Positions 1 to 10,280 of a DNA stretch of 58,305 nt are shown in pieces. The position numbers and the translations under genes are program-made. Source of the stretch: Coniocarpon cinnabarinum. Lineage: Eukaryota. The notes beneath the pieces are model-generated. The model did no database searches. It was not told the DNA's origin and was given only the letters and a program-made list of their open reading frames with translations. The stretch spans positions 1 through 58,305 of the forward strand of contig JAVECO010000152.1 of NCBI GenBank assembly GCA_051942205.1, in the 5' to 3' direction. Every line of letters starts with the position of its first letter. Within the stretch, counting starts at the first letter, position 1.

Positions 1-138
1 GGTTTTTTGTTTGGGTTTTTGCATCGCGCGCGGGGGGTGGTTTGTTGTTCTGTTGTTTGCTTTTTGCATAGCGTGCGTAGATGTGCTTTTTTGTATGATA
101 TGAAGTCACGTGACATGTATGAGTATCAATGAACCTGT

Positions 139-590
139 ACAGTATATACCTTGTTTTTGTTTCTGTGTTGTTGTGGATGCATAGTGCTGTTGCCATCGTT
201 TTGGGGATTGCTTCGGCGATGCTTGGAGGGGTTTCCTCCTGAGGAAATCGCAGTCCATGCTTTGCTTTTGTTTCTGTATTCCTGTGGATGCTCAGGGCCG
301 TTGCCGGCGTTTTGGTGGTTGTCTAGGCGATGTCTGCAAGTATCGCCTGCTGCAGAATTCGCAGTATATGGCTTCGTTTCGTGCCTGGTTCCTGTGGATT
401 CTTGAGCCACTTGCTGCCGTTTTGGTGGTTATTCAGGCGATGTTGGGAGGTGTTACTGCCTGCGAAAGTCGCATTATAGACCTTGCTTTTGTGTCTGTGG
501 TATTGTTGATTGACAAGGGCGTTGCCGTCATTTGAGCTTTTATAGGGTTTTTGGAAAGGTTTCACTTACTGTAAATCACTGTAAGAAATA
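139..590. repeat. Degenerate tandem repeat, about 111-bp period, 4 units
   Basis: Units start at 139 (acagtatatacc), 250 (gcagtccatgc), 361 (gcagtatatgg) and 471 (gcattatagacc). They share tgtggat, ttgcc..cgttttgg and ggcgatg blocks. The minus-strand ORF 126..410 shows a matching 37-aa repeat. Confidence 0.75.
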
Positions 591-744
591 GCACATTCTC
601 TAATTTTATTTCTTATGTTCTTCGTTTCTTAGGAAGCTGCCGACGTTTTGCGTGTTTTGCGGGTAGTTTTGGATGTGTGATCTTGCTTTGATGAATAGGA
701 AGTGACACTAGCTCTTGTTTGATGTGAAGATTGGTAATGTGAAG

Positions 745-1655
745 ATCAGTAAGTCGGCGTTTGAGTCGTATGAGTTTGTTTTGTGGAGTGGACTTGTTGA
801 ATTGGCTGTGTAATCGAAGCGAGTTGTAGAAAGTGAATCTGAAAGTGTAGTATACTTGTTGCTCTTTTTTTATGCATTATTGTCGGTGTTCACGGCTATT
901 GCCGTCGCTTTGAAGGTTATGTAGGTACTCTAAAAGTAGTATCTTGCTAATGTGAACAGTCAGAAACACAATAGCTCCCGTTGAGGATGTATATTAGTAA
1001 GACGGAGTTGAAGAGGTCTGCGTTTGTTTGGTATGATATACGTTATCAATTAGCTACGAGATTTGAGCTCCTTGAAGTCTTGATTTCTATGAAGAACAGT
1101 GAAGAATGCAGACTGTGTCGTTGGGAAAGTACGTCAGTAACGCGGCGTTCAAGACGGAAGCGTTTCTTCTGGTATAGTATTCGTATTGAATTGGCTGTGA
1201 CTTGAGCTAAGCTCAGTCCATGAAGTCGTAACTTTGCTTGCATTCAAGACAGCAGTGTTGCATCGCGACGATTTTCTTTTTCCTGTGCAGGTACGAGAAG
1301 TACCTGACGTGTCTGCAATTTCACTGAAATGAAGGGAATCGCCTTTACTGCATTGAGATGCGGTCTCTGCATAATACAACATTTCTGTGATATGTACGGA
1401 TAGGCAATGTGCGAATTTTGACACAAACATTGGTGTTGATCTTGGGGGTTTGCTCTTGATTCCAGGGGGTTTTGGGCTTGAGGGCATGAGTGACTTTGCT
1501 GCGACTTTGTGCGTGCTTTCTGGACATTTCGGGAAATGTCACCTTAGGTAAGACTGTAGAATCGAAGGGAAGTTATTGAGGATGTAGATTAGGACGGCGG
1601 CGTTTCAGTAGGTGTTTCTTTTGGGATGGAACACGTGATTAGTTGGCTGTGCTCG
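745..1655. repeat. Dispersed degenerate repeat of about 75 bp, 4 copies (about 745-810, 993-1070, 1133-1205, 1581-1655)
   Basis: Shared skeleton tcagtaa..cggcgtt..cgttt(g/c)tt..ttgaattggctgtg, aligned by eye. Confidence 0.6.
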
Positions 1656-2489
1656 TAGTGATGGAATGATGTGATATGTGAATTATAAAACGGGGAGCGT
1701 TCATGTAGTTAGTCGATGAAATCGAGAATTGGAATACAAGATATTCGAATAATCGGATTGATTAATCACTTGGGAAGATGATGACATGGCGGATCAATGA
1801 AAAGCTCTTGAGGAGACATAGCAGCGACGAGAAGACGGCTCAGCAAGAGCAGACGTGATAGCAGGGAAATGACTAACAGCGGCGACATGCTGGCTGATGG
1901 ACGTCTCAGCTAATTCCTTGCGCACGGAGTACGTTCTCCTGGCTACTTACTTCCTCACGCCGATGGTTTCGTAAGGCAGGGGCTCTGTGCGACACTGGCC
2001 TGATCGTCCCATGCTTATGGTCAAGTCAGCTGCCAAAGGGGACTGCGTTGACGAAGTACGGTGAGATTTGACTTGAGTCACGGCTTGAGTTGTGACTTGA
2101 CGTAAGTCATGACCTAATGTCGAGATCCCTCGAAACAGCAACAATGAATATTCATCGCTAGCCATTGCGTGTAAAGTCCTTTCTGCTCTTACTCAGCTTT
2201 TGTATCGATATCTTTTTCAAGGTCCTGGACTTAGATTCGTACAAGCGTACGGACGATGAGATCAGAACTGTCGACTCGATTGGTTGGAACATCAGACTAA
2301 CAAGAACCTGACATGTGCTCTTTGATTTGATTGAAGTTGAAGGGTTTTTGGGATTCAGCTGGCACACAGAAACGTGCGTGGCGTTGGATGCCAAGAGGTC
2401 GAAGTCGAAGCTCGAACTTGGCCGTGTTGAACTTTCTATCGAGTGGATCAAAGACATAATCAAGAAGACCCTGATGACTGGCTAAGTAT

Positions 2490-3230
2490 CAACACAGCGA
2501 CGTATTGCTGGAATTATCACACGACCTACTGAACGACTCACTGAATCCGTACCTAACGAGAGACATATCGACGGACTTAGAAAATGGGCAAACGAGATCG
2601 CGACCTGTACTTCGAGCGATTACGCAACCTTCCAGTAGAATAAGCAACGACCGCTTCAGCAACCTGTCGAACAGCATGGGTTGTTACCTATTCAACGAGC
2701 TCCAAAACGACGTGTCCACCGACGTGTTCAAGTACGCGTTCGGCGACGCCATTCGCCATGTATTCCGCGGACCTTTCGAGTATTTATTCCAGAACTCTCT
2801 CGATGAGGTAGACAGCGACGCGGAAGAAGCTTCATAATCAGGTATTGCAAGCTTTGTTTGAAATCTGGCCCAGAACTTTTTTCGCGGCTTCTGGATTGAT
2901 CCTCTTGAGCCGCTTGGGATTCCTTCTGTGGGCCCTTCTCGTGACCAAATGAATAATGTGTTTGATGACCTGTGCAATAGAATGTGCCATGAGGAGCTCA
3001 ATAGTCGAGACAGCGACGTGCTTAGAAAAGGATGTCACGACTTGTCAGACGACGTACACAGCGACTTGTACGATAACACTGAACAAGACACGTCCAGCGA
3101 CTCTGACTATGATATGTCTGATGATTCGCACAGCAACGTTCCCCCGTGACTCTGACCGTTACGCGTCCTTTGGCTTTGACCATGAAATATCCAACAACTC
3201 TGCCTAAGACATGTTCAACGACACCTGACT
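2490..3230 (+). repeat. Degenerate 12-bp periodic tract (4-codon x-x-D-hydrophobic pattern), possibly a decayed coding minisatellite
   Basis: For example cacgacttgtca gacgacgtacac agcgacttgtac gataacactgaa caagacacgtcc agcgactctgac. ORFs 2505..2837 and 2928..3149 show Asp about every 4th residue and are broken by stops or frameshifts. Confidence 0.5.
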
Positions 3231-3859
3231 ATGATCCGTCACTACGGTTGATCCACTGCTAAAATAGCCGAACCCGTCATTCCAATCTCACTTGCAGATC
3301 TCTCATTCAAGTAGAAGGCTTCGAAGATGGTCTCAAAACACTTATCAACGATTCCGCATCAGACTGCAACGTGCGAAATATTCGACATCACGACTGGTCT
3401 ACTGACTCCGGCCCATGATGTGTCACTATGTCTAACCCACTTACATTTTACTCTGACTAAGAGGTTGTATTGGCTATCCAGAAGCAAGTTGCAAGCCTTA
3501 AAGGCGGTATAGAAGCAGTTGTCAATATCCTACACAGCGAAGCATGAATCCTGTATATGAAATTGTATTATTAGAAGCTCTTGTAGTATTCCTTATACCG
3601 TTGGTAATACATCTTGTATAGTAAACGAAACGTGGAACTTAGATCTAGGCGACATCTGCACCGTGACGAGTCCAGGATGTCATACCATAATATAGACCAA
3701 AAATGCTGAAGCTTGGTTTACAGATTGTCCAACCCCCTGCCTCTATATACATCCATTCCGTAACCAATCCAACGCATCCAAGTCTTCACAAACCTTTACA
3801 TCCCTCAATACACCACAGTATTGAGCACCACCCTCCTGCTTCCCACACAATCAATCAAC

Positions 3860-6088
3860 TTATCCATCACTCCCCCTCACCGGTCCCGCATCCCTCACCA
3901 CCCCACTAGACTCACCAACAACAGGATTAACATCACTCTTCAACACCTCCCCTTCGACATCATGTCTAGCATAAAGCCCAAACTCCTCATCCGGCAACCT
4001 CCCCACTTTGCCTGCCTCCACATCTTCGCGACTCAACCCCATCTTACTCTCCGACAACCCCATACTCCTGAGAAACCGCACCGCGTCGTTCCATTCTCTA
4101 TTTTGGCGCGCTTTCGACCAGTTGAGCTCGGTGCTCATGATGGTGATGACAGTGGGTAGTGCTTCCAGCGCTGCTTGCGCGTTTAGGAATGCGAGACGCG
4201 TGCGGCGGGCTAGTACGTCGGTTGCGGTGTTGGCGTATTCATGACGGACGGCGTAGCGGACTTCGCCGTCGACGAAGGGATAGAGCGTTGATAGCGTCTT
4301 GCCTCGGACGGGGAAACGCTGGTCGGTTGGCGCACAGAGGGATGCGACTGTCCAGGCGCGGTCGCCGTAGGCAGTCGTGAGATGTTTAGCCGTGTCGGTG
4401 TCAATGCCAAAATGTTGAATCAAGTTGATGAAAAGCGTCTTGGAGAAGCCATGGGCGCCGACGAGTTTCACAGCGTGCGTTTGACATGTGCCATCCAGCG
4501 CAGAGCCTCCTGTTGTAGCGGCATCAGGGTACGGAAGGGGAGACGAAGTGCCCGCGATGTTGGGAGGAGAATTGACGGGGCGAGGGTGAAGACTGAAATT
4601 TTCGATAGCGGCATCCACGGTTTCTTCAGCCATTTGACGGTACGTTGTCCATTTTCCGCCGGAAATGGTGAGAAGACCAGAAGGTGATGAGGTGAGGAGA
4701 TGGTTTCTTACAAGGCCTTCTGTGTTTTTAGCTTTGGGGTCGCGAACGAGTGGACGGATGCCGGACCAAGCCGCGAGGACGTCGCCGCGTCGGACGTTAA
4801 TTTCTGGTGCTAGGTATGCTTGGATTTCCTTGAGGATCCAGGCGATTTCCTGCTCGCCTGCGATGGGGTTCTGCAGGATGTCTGTGGGTGCGTCGGTGGT
4901 CCCGGCGATGGTGTTGCCGTGCCAGGGGAGGAAGAAGATGACGCGGCCGTCGGAGGTGGAGGGGTCGAGGAGGCCCATGTTTGAGGGGGAGAAGTAGCCT
5001 GGGAGGATGACATGTGCGCCAGCTGAGGGCGCGACGATTTCGGGTATGCTAGGGTCGTCCAGTTTGCGGATGGAGTCTGTGAAGGGACCGGTGGCATTGA
5101 CGATGCCTTTGGCGCGAATTGAGAAGGTGTCGTGGTTAGATGGGTTTCCGTCGCGAGAAGGGATCAGGTCTTTTAGGGTCGCGCCGGTGAGTTGGCCCGT
5201 GGTAGTGTCTTTGGAGAGGGATGTGACTTCTGCTTGGTTGACGACCGTAGCGCCGTAGAGTGCAGCGGTCATGGCGAGTGAGATGTTCATGCGAGAGTCG
5301 TTGTGCGCGCCGTCGTAATAGACCAGCGCGCCAAACAGGTTATCTTTCTTCAGCATTGGAAACGCATCGAGGGCCTTGGACTTGGTGAGGAAATAGGAAG
5401 ACTCGATATTCTCGCTGCCAGCCAGGAAATCGTATGCCTTGGTGCCCGCCCAGAAGTAGGCTGCTTTCCACCATTTGTCGACGGGTATCATGATAGGTAG
5501 CCATTGCGACAGATGTGGAGCGGTGTCGAGGAAGTAGCGTCGTTCTCGGAGGGCTTCCTTCACAAGCTTGTACTGGTTGTAGTCGACTTCCCAGAACGCT
5601 TTTTCCAGATACCGCACGCCGCCATGGACAAGCTTGGTGGACTTTGACGACGTTCCGCTCGCGAAATCGTCGCGTTCCACCAGAGCAACCTTGAGACCTC
5701 GTGTCACCGCATCAAGGGCGACACCTGCACCCGTTGCGCCGCCACCTATGATCAACAGATCATACGGCTCGTCGTCCTCGCTCGAAGTCGTCTGACCTTG
5801 GGCGGAACCTCTTGAAAAGAAACCACCGAGTCCGCCTTTGCTGTTCGCGCCGCTCGACCGTTTCAGATCTGTGATGTGCTCTGCTCGAGTCTTAACGTAG
5901 GGGAAGCTGGGAGGGTTGAAGACGCCGCCGGGGCCGTATGTCGGAGGAGGTACGGTGGAAGAGTCGTATGTACCGGGTATCTCGCGCGGACGGAGGGTGA
6001 TGTACAACGCCGTCCCTCCGACCGCCGCAGTTGCAGCGGAGCCGTACAGTAGAGGGCGGAGTAAACGACGACCACCGCGCGTCGCCAT
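3860..6088 (-). CDS. GUT2: Mitochondrial FAD-dependent glycerol-3-phosphate dehydrogenase (single exon, 742 aa)
   Basis: YDLLIIGGGATGAGVALDA FAD motif, GTSSKSTKLVHGGVRYLE, GGKWTTYRQMAEE and DVLARRTRLAFLN, plus an Arg-rich mitochondrial presequence. Confidence 0.97.
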   Translation of the reverse strand: MATRGGRRLLRPLLYGSAATAAVGGTALYITLRPREIPGTYDSSTVPPPTYGPGGVFNPPSFPYVKTRAEHITDLKRSSGANSKGGLGGFFSRGSAQGQTTSSEDDEPYDLLIIGGGATGAGVALDAVTRGLKVALVERDDFASGTSSKSTKLVHGGVRYLEKAFWEVDYNQYKLVKEALRERRYFLDTAPHLSQWLPIMIPVDKWWKAAYFWAGTKAYDFLAGSENIESSYFLTKSKALDAFPMLKKDNLFGALVYYDGAHNDSRMNISLAMTAALYGATVVNQAEVTSLSKDTTTGQLTGATLKDLIPSRDGNPSNHDTFSIRAKGIVNATGPFTDSIRKLDDPSIPEIVAPSAGAHVILPGYFSPSNMGLLDPSTSDGRVIFFLPWHGNTIAGTTDAPTDILQNPIAGEQEIAWILKEIQAYLAPEINVRRGDVLAAWSGIRPLVRDPKAKNTEGLVRNHLLTSSPSGLLTISGGKWTTYRQMAEETVDAAIENFSLHPRPVNSPPNIAGTSSPLPYPDAATTGGSALDGTCQTHAVKLVGAHGFSKTLFINLIQHFGIDTDTAKHLTTAYGDRAWTVASLCAPTDQRFPVRGKTLSTLYPFVDGEVRYAVRHEYANTATDVLARRTRLAFLNAQAALEALPTVITIMSTELNWSKARQNREWNDAVRFLRSMGLSESKMGLSREDVEAGKVGRLPDEEFGLYARHDVEGEVLKSDVNPVVGESSGVVRDAGPVRGSDG

Positions 6089-6653
6089 GAGAAAGGATCA
6101 AGATGGGGGAAAATGCGCGGAATTAGATCTATGCTGCTATAACGACATGCTTGGGACTGCTTTCGGGTGTTCAGGTATCGTCACAAAGAGAAACGCTCTT
6201 GGTATGAAATTTGTCACATGCAATCACATGCCAGGCTGCAAATGCTTTGGTGCGTATACAAAAGGTCAAAGAATGTATAGAGGAAATGACGAAAGAAATT
6301 CAGGAGAGGCACAGGAACAGGAACTGGAACTGGAACGAAGTCCAAGATGCCAATGCCTCCACGTGGGAGGAGGATAGGTTGGACGGTGTGGAGCCGCTTG
6401 ATGGTGAAGCATCTCGTGGTCGGCTAATAAAAGTTATTGCTGACTTCTCGGAGCAGAACCGCCCGAGATACAACGTTGCAGTCAAAGCACGCTCACATCA
6501 TGCAGAGCACAAGGGTGAGGTGAAAGATGACGACGCGGCACCTGCCCGGTGACCATCAGGTCGCTGCGCTGCGTTCTATGACGCCCGCGATGCTGTTTGA
6601 CCATCTAGATATTGTCTGAGGTACACTAGACTGGCTTATCCTATAGCAGCACT

Positions 6654-7222
6654 CGGCATATTACTTTCGTGTACATCCGAAAATTGGTAATTACTAATAT
6701 GTACATCGATATTATTAGGATAACTACAATATACGGATATATATATACCTGTTATAGTAGTAGATTTGAAAGATATTAATATAACTATTGTGTACATCTA
6801 CTCACATGTAAGCATTTTCGCCTAAGGTTTAAGGCAAAAATAAGTGGCTGTACAGCTTACACGTAATAAGATACACGTAGCGTCTACGTAGCATAGTAGA
6901 GTTATGTAATACTATATTTTAGTATGTCTACGTCTAGAAAAGATGTTACGATTTATATATATAGACCTTATTATATTATGTAAGCGCGTGCGACTAGCGT
7001 ATATCAGGAGCCCGTTAAGCGCGTACTAATACCTTAAAATTGAGGACACAATAGTAGCGCATAATTGCACGTGAGTAGATATACACGATAGTTATATCGA
7101 TATCTTTCAAATTTACTACTATAACAGGTATGTACATATCCGTATATTGCAGTCATTTCAATAATATCGATGTATATGACAGTAATTTCTAACATTTTTA
7201 TGTACACGAAAATAATATGCCG
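6654..7222. mobile_element. Non-autonomous foldback DNA transposon (Mutator-like MITE), about 158-bp TIRs, 10-bp TSD
   Basis: Starts CGGCATATTAC and ends AATAATATGCCG. Arms about 6654-6811 and 7065-7222 are reverse complements differing mainly by transitions. Flanked by the direct repeat TAGCAGCACT at 6644-6653 and 7223-7232. Confidence 0.88.
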
Positions 7223-7449
7223 TAGCAGCACTCAAGTCACGCGACTTGCGTGTGCTAAGTGCATGTCGGGGTGCTGGCTGAAGCAATTATGGCACTCTAT
7301 ACCTCTCGAAACATCATCTCTCTACGCCATCAGCTGACTTCTATCAATCTAAACATCACAACCGCCTGTCGCTCGCATCGAGCACTCAGGGCCTCCCTGC
7401 CTGTCTTGGAATCACCATGCACTAAAGAATCTCAACTGCTTCTCCCGCA

Positions 7450-9447
7450 ATGCGGCGCGCGGCCTTCCAACTCCTCCGCCGCGCGCACCGCCCATTCGCC
7501 AGATCCTCCCTTTCTGAACGCCGCCGTCGTCTCGCCCTCCTCAACTCCTTCCGTGAACCCCCCCTCAAGGTCCTCCCTTCATCGATGTACGTGCGATCTC
7601 TGCCGTATGCCCTCATCGGAGGACTTGTAGCATCCGGCGCCTGGTGGTTTGGTGGGGGGACTTCATCGAAGAGTAGCACATCCGCCGAGAAGGACTTTGC
7701 TGCGCAGTATTCCAGCAGTGCACAGCAGACTGCTGCTCAAGCAATCGAGGCGACACGGAAAGCGTTAGTGCTGGACCAGGGCCAGTTGTACACGGCGGAT
7801 ATCACGGGGGACGGACCCGTCACGAAGGAGGTCGACGATTATGGACGGAGGGTACTAGAGATGGTGACACCCGATCAAGCGACGACCCAGCTCCGACGGG
7901 GCGAGGAGTCCTTCCTCGTCGGACGTGGCCAAGGCGTAGTCCGCTACGACGTCGTCCAACTCGCTAGCAACGACCCCATCGAAGACGACCACTCCGAGAA
8001 AATCGTCGAGATCCCCAAATCGGCACAGGATCCCTCGTCATCGTCAAACGCCACCCGCGACTGGATGTTCTGGGGCGTCTTCGACGGCCACTCCGGCTGG
8101 ACGACATCCGCCAAGCTCCGCCAGAGTCTCATATCCCACGTCGCTCGTGAGCTCAACACGACCTACACGCAGAATACTTCCACCGGCGTGCTGCCCAGCC
8201 CCGACTCTATCGACCAAGCAATCAAACGTGGCTTCCTGACTCTTGATCACAGCATCGTCCACGCCTCCGTCGACGCCGTCTTAAAGAACGCCTCAAAACC
8301 CCACGCTGCTGAAGCGCTCGCCCCCGCGCTCTCCGGCTCCTGCGCCTTACTCTCCTTCTACGACTCCACCACCAAAACCCTCAGAGTCGCTTGCACAGGC
8401 GACTCCCGCGCCGTCCTGGGTCGGCGCTCATCCTCTGATCCCTCTCTGTGGACCGCCCAAGCATTATCCGTCGACCAAACAGGCGGCAGCCCCACCGAAG
8501 CAGCGCGCCTCCGCGCCGAACACCCCAATGAACCTGACGTCGTCCGCGTCGGCCGGGTGCTCGGCGGTCTCGAACCGAGCAGAGCCTTCGGCGACGCGGC
8601 CTACAAATGGAGCCGCGCCGTCCAGGAAAAAATGAAGAAGGAATTCTTCGGCCGGACGCCGAATCCGCTCATCAAAACGCCGCCGTATGTCACGGCTGAA
8701 CCGGTGGTGACGCGTACGGCCATCCAGCCAGAGAAGGGCGATTTCGTGGTGCTGGCGACGGATGGCCTGTGGGAGATGTTGACGAATGATGAGGTTGTGG
8801 GACTAGTCGGGGAGTGGTTACGATTGCATCCTGAGGCCACGGCGGGAAGTAGTAATAGCGCTGCTAGTATGGGCGCCGCTGCTCCAGGCGATCCCAACAG
8901 CGGCACCGACGCGCGCGCTTCGACTTGGCTCTCGAGCTGGTTCTCCTCGCAAACACCCCAAAAAGCATCAGACCACCTCCCCGTCGACACATCTCCCTCC
9001 TCTGATTCCAGTCAGGAACCCCCCCAAAACGGCCATCAACAATCCGACGGCCAAAAAACCCCAATCCGCCAATCCCAATGGGGCATCCCTCCAACCACTC
9101 AAAAAAACCAACCCCCCAGCTCGTCTCGCTTTACCTTTCAAGACGAAAACGCCGCCACCCATCTTATCCGAAACGCACTGGGCGGGAAAGACAATGATAT
9201 GCTCTGTGCGTTGTTGACATTGCCGAGTCCGTATTCGCGACGCTATCGCGATGACTTGACGGTGCAGGTTGTCTTCTTTGGGGAGGAACGACAGGTTTCG
9301 CAGGGGGTGGCGGTCGCGGATGAGGCTTTCAGTGGGCAGAAGGTGGGGAGGGTGGTGCCGAATTGGGGGGCTACTGATGGTGGGAAGGGTGGAAGTGCTG
9401 GTGGGAATGATGGGAAGGATAGTCAGGGGGTTAAGTCGAAGTTGTGA
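7450..9447 (+). CDS. PTC5: Mitochondrial PP2C-family phosphatase (pyruvate dehydrogenase phosphatase / Ptc5-like), single exon, 665 aa
   Basis: ASNDPIEDDH, FWGVFDGHSGW, VACTGDSRAVLG, LEPSRAFGD, FVVLATDGLWE and RRYRDDLTVQVVFF, plus an Arg-rich presequence. Confidence 0.93.
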   Translation: MRRAAFQLLRRAHRPFARSSLSERRRRLALLNSFREPPLKVLPSSMYVRSLPYALIGGLVASGAWWFGGGTSSKSSTSAEKDFAAQYSSSAQQTAAQAIEATRKALVLDQGQLYTADITGDGPVTKEVDDYGRRVLEMVTPDQATTQLRRGEESFLVGRGQGVVRYDVVQLASNDPIEDDHSEKIVEIPKSAQDPSSSSNATRDWMFWGVFDGHSGWTTSAKLRQSLISHVARELNTTYTQNTSTGVLPSPDSIDQAIKRGFLTLDHSIVHASVDAVLKNASKPHAAEALAPALSGSCALLSFYDSTTKTLRVACTGDSRAVLGRRSSSDPSLWTAQALSVDQTGGSPTEAARLRAEHPNEPDVVRVGRVLGGLEPSRAFGDAAYKWSRAVQEKMKKEFFGRTPNPLIKTPPYVTAEPVVTRTAIQPEKGDFVVLATDGLWEMLTNDEVVGLVGEWLRLHPEATAGSSNSAASMGAAAPGDPNSGTDARASTWLSSWFSSQTPQKASDHLPVDTSPSSDSSQEPPQNGHQQSDGQKTPIRQSQWGIPPTTQKNQPPSSSRFTFQDENAATHLIRNALGGKDNDMLCALLTLPSPYSRRYRDDLTVQVVFFGEERQVSQGVAVADEAFSGQKVGRVVPNWGATDGGKGGSAGGNDGKDSQGVKSKL

Positions 9448-9840
9448 TGAGGCGTAGACTTGATATGGAGCGGGCGCGACTCCTGCATGAGCGTGGGCGT
9501 TTTTCACTAGGGCCTTGCGCATGAGGTACTTTCGGACTTTGTCGTGTAATTTCAGTGAAGACTTATACAATATCATCTTCCTTCAAGCCCGTCAACTCCC
9601 TGTCCTTGATTCGCCATCATTGATTCAATGATGTGTGCAATCGAGTACCTATCAGATGCTCAAGGACTGTCATTGCGTCGCAGCCACTGTCATTGCATCG
9701 TTGCATTCAGCTACTGACGATTAGCCGTCGACAGCGAAGACTAAACTTGAGCGTTTATCTCGCTTGAGCCACAAGCACTCGGTCCTACACAGGTCTTAAA
9801 GGTGATCACGAAAACGTCTATTATTCTAGTGTTTATCTGT

Positions 9841-10280
9841 CCCAGACTTGATCCTTCCCAGACTTGATCTTATTCTGGGCTTCGTCCCAGACTTGATCTT
9901 ATTCCAGGCTTCATTGGTAGGGTATATTGGTGGGGTTCATTGGTGGGGTTCGTTGGTGGGGTCCATTGGTGAGGTTCATTGTGATTCCATGGATTCGTCA
10001 TTAGGTTTCGTGGCGGCTTCTTTCACTCGGTCCGATGAGGGACGTTCCTGCTGCTTGACTTCGAGGTCGGCGGTGTGCGGGAAAGAGAGAGTTCTCAACG
10101 GCTGGATGTATATAATGCGCGGTTTACGATGTGGGGATGAATAGTAAGGGCTGGTGGCAGTGGTGGGAGTGGTGGGAGTGGTGACAGTGGTGGGAAAAGT
10201 GACAGTGGGAGGGGGTTAGCGAGGAGAATGGCAGTGGCGGTGTAAGTGGGCACGGGAATGGGAATGGGAATGGCAGGGGG
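9841..10280. repeat. Cluster of short tandem repeats
   Basis: cccagacttgatc x3 (9841-9898); 13-bp (c)attggtggggtt x5 (9912-9981); 9-bp ggtgggagt-like x4-5 (about 10153-10210); gggaat x3 (about 10254-10272). Confidence 0.8.

Noticed and set aside
1..60. Telomere repeat at the window start
   Set aside because: GT-rich, but there is no tandem TTAGGG/CCCTAA-type unit.
139..1655. CRISPR-like array
   Set aside because: The units are degenerate over their whole length with no constant repeat plus unique spacer structure. There are no cas genes and the context is eukaryotic.
7034..7231. Y/I-rich 65-aa ORF
   Set aside because: It is the translation of the AT-rich, RIP-like transposon arm.
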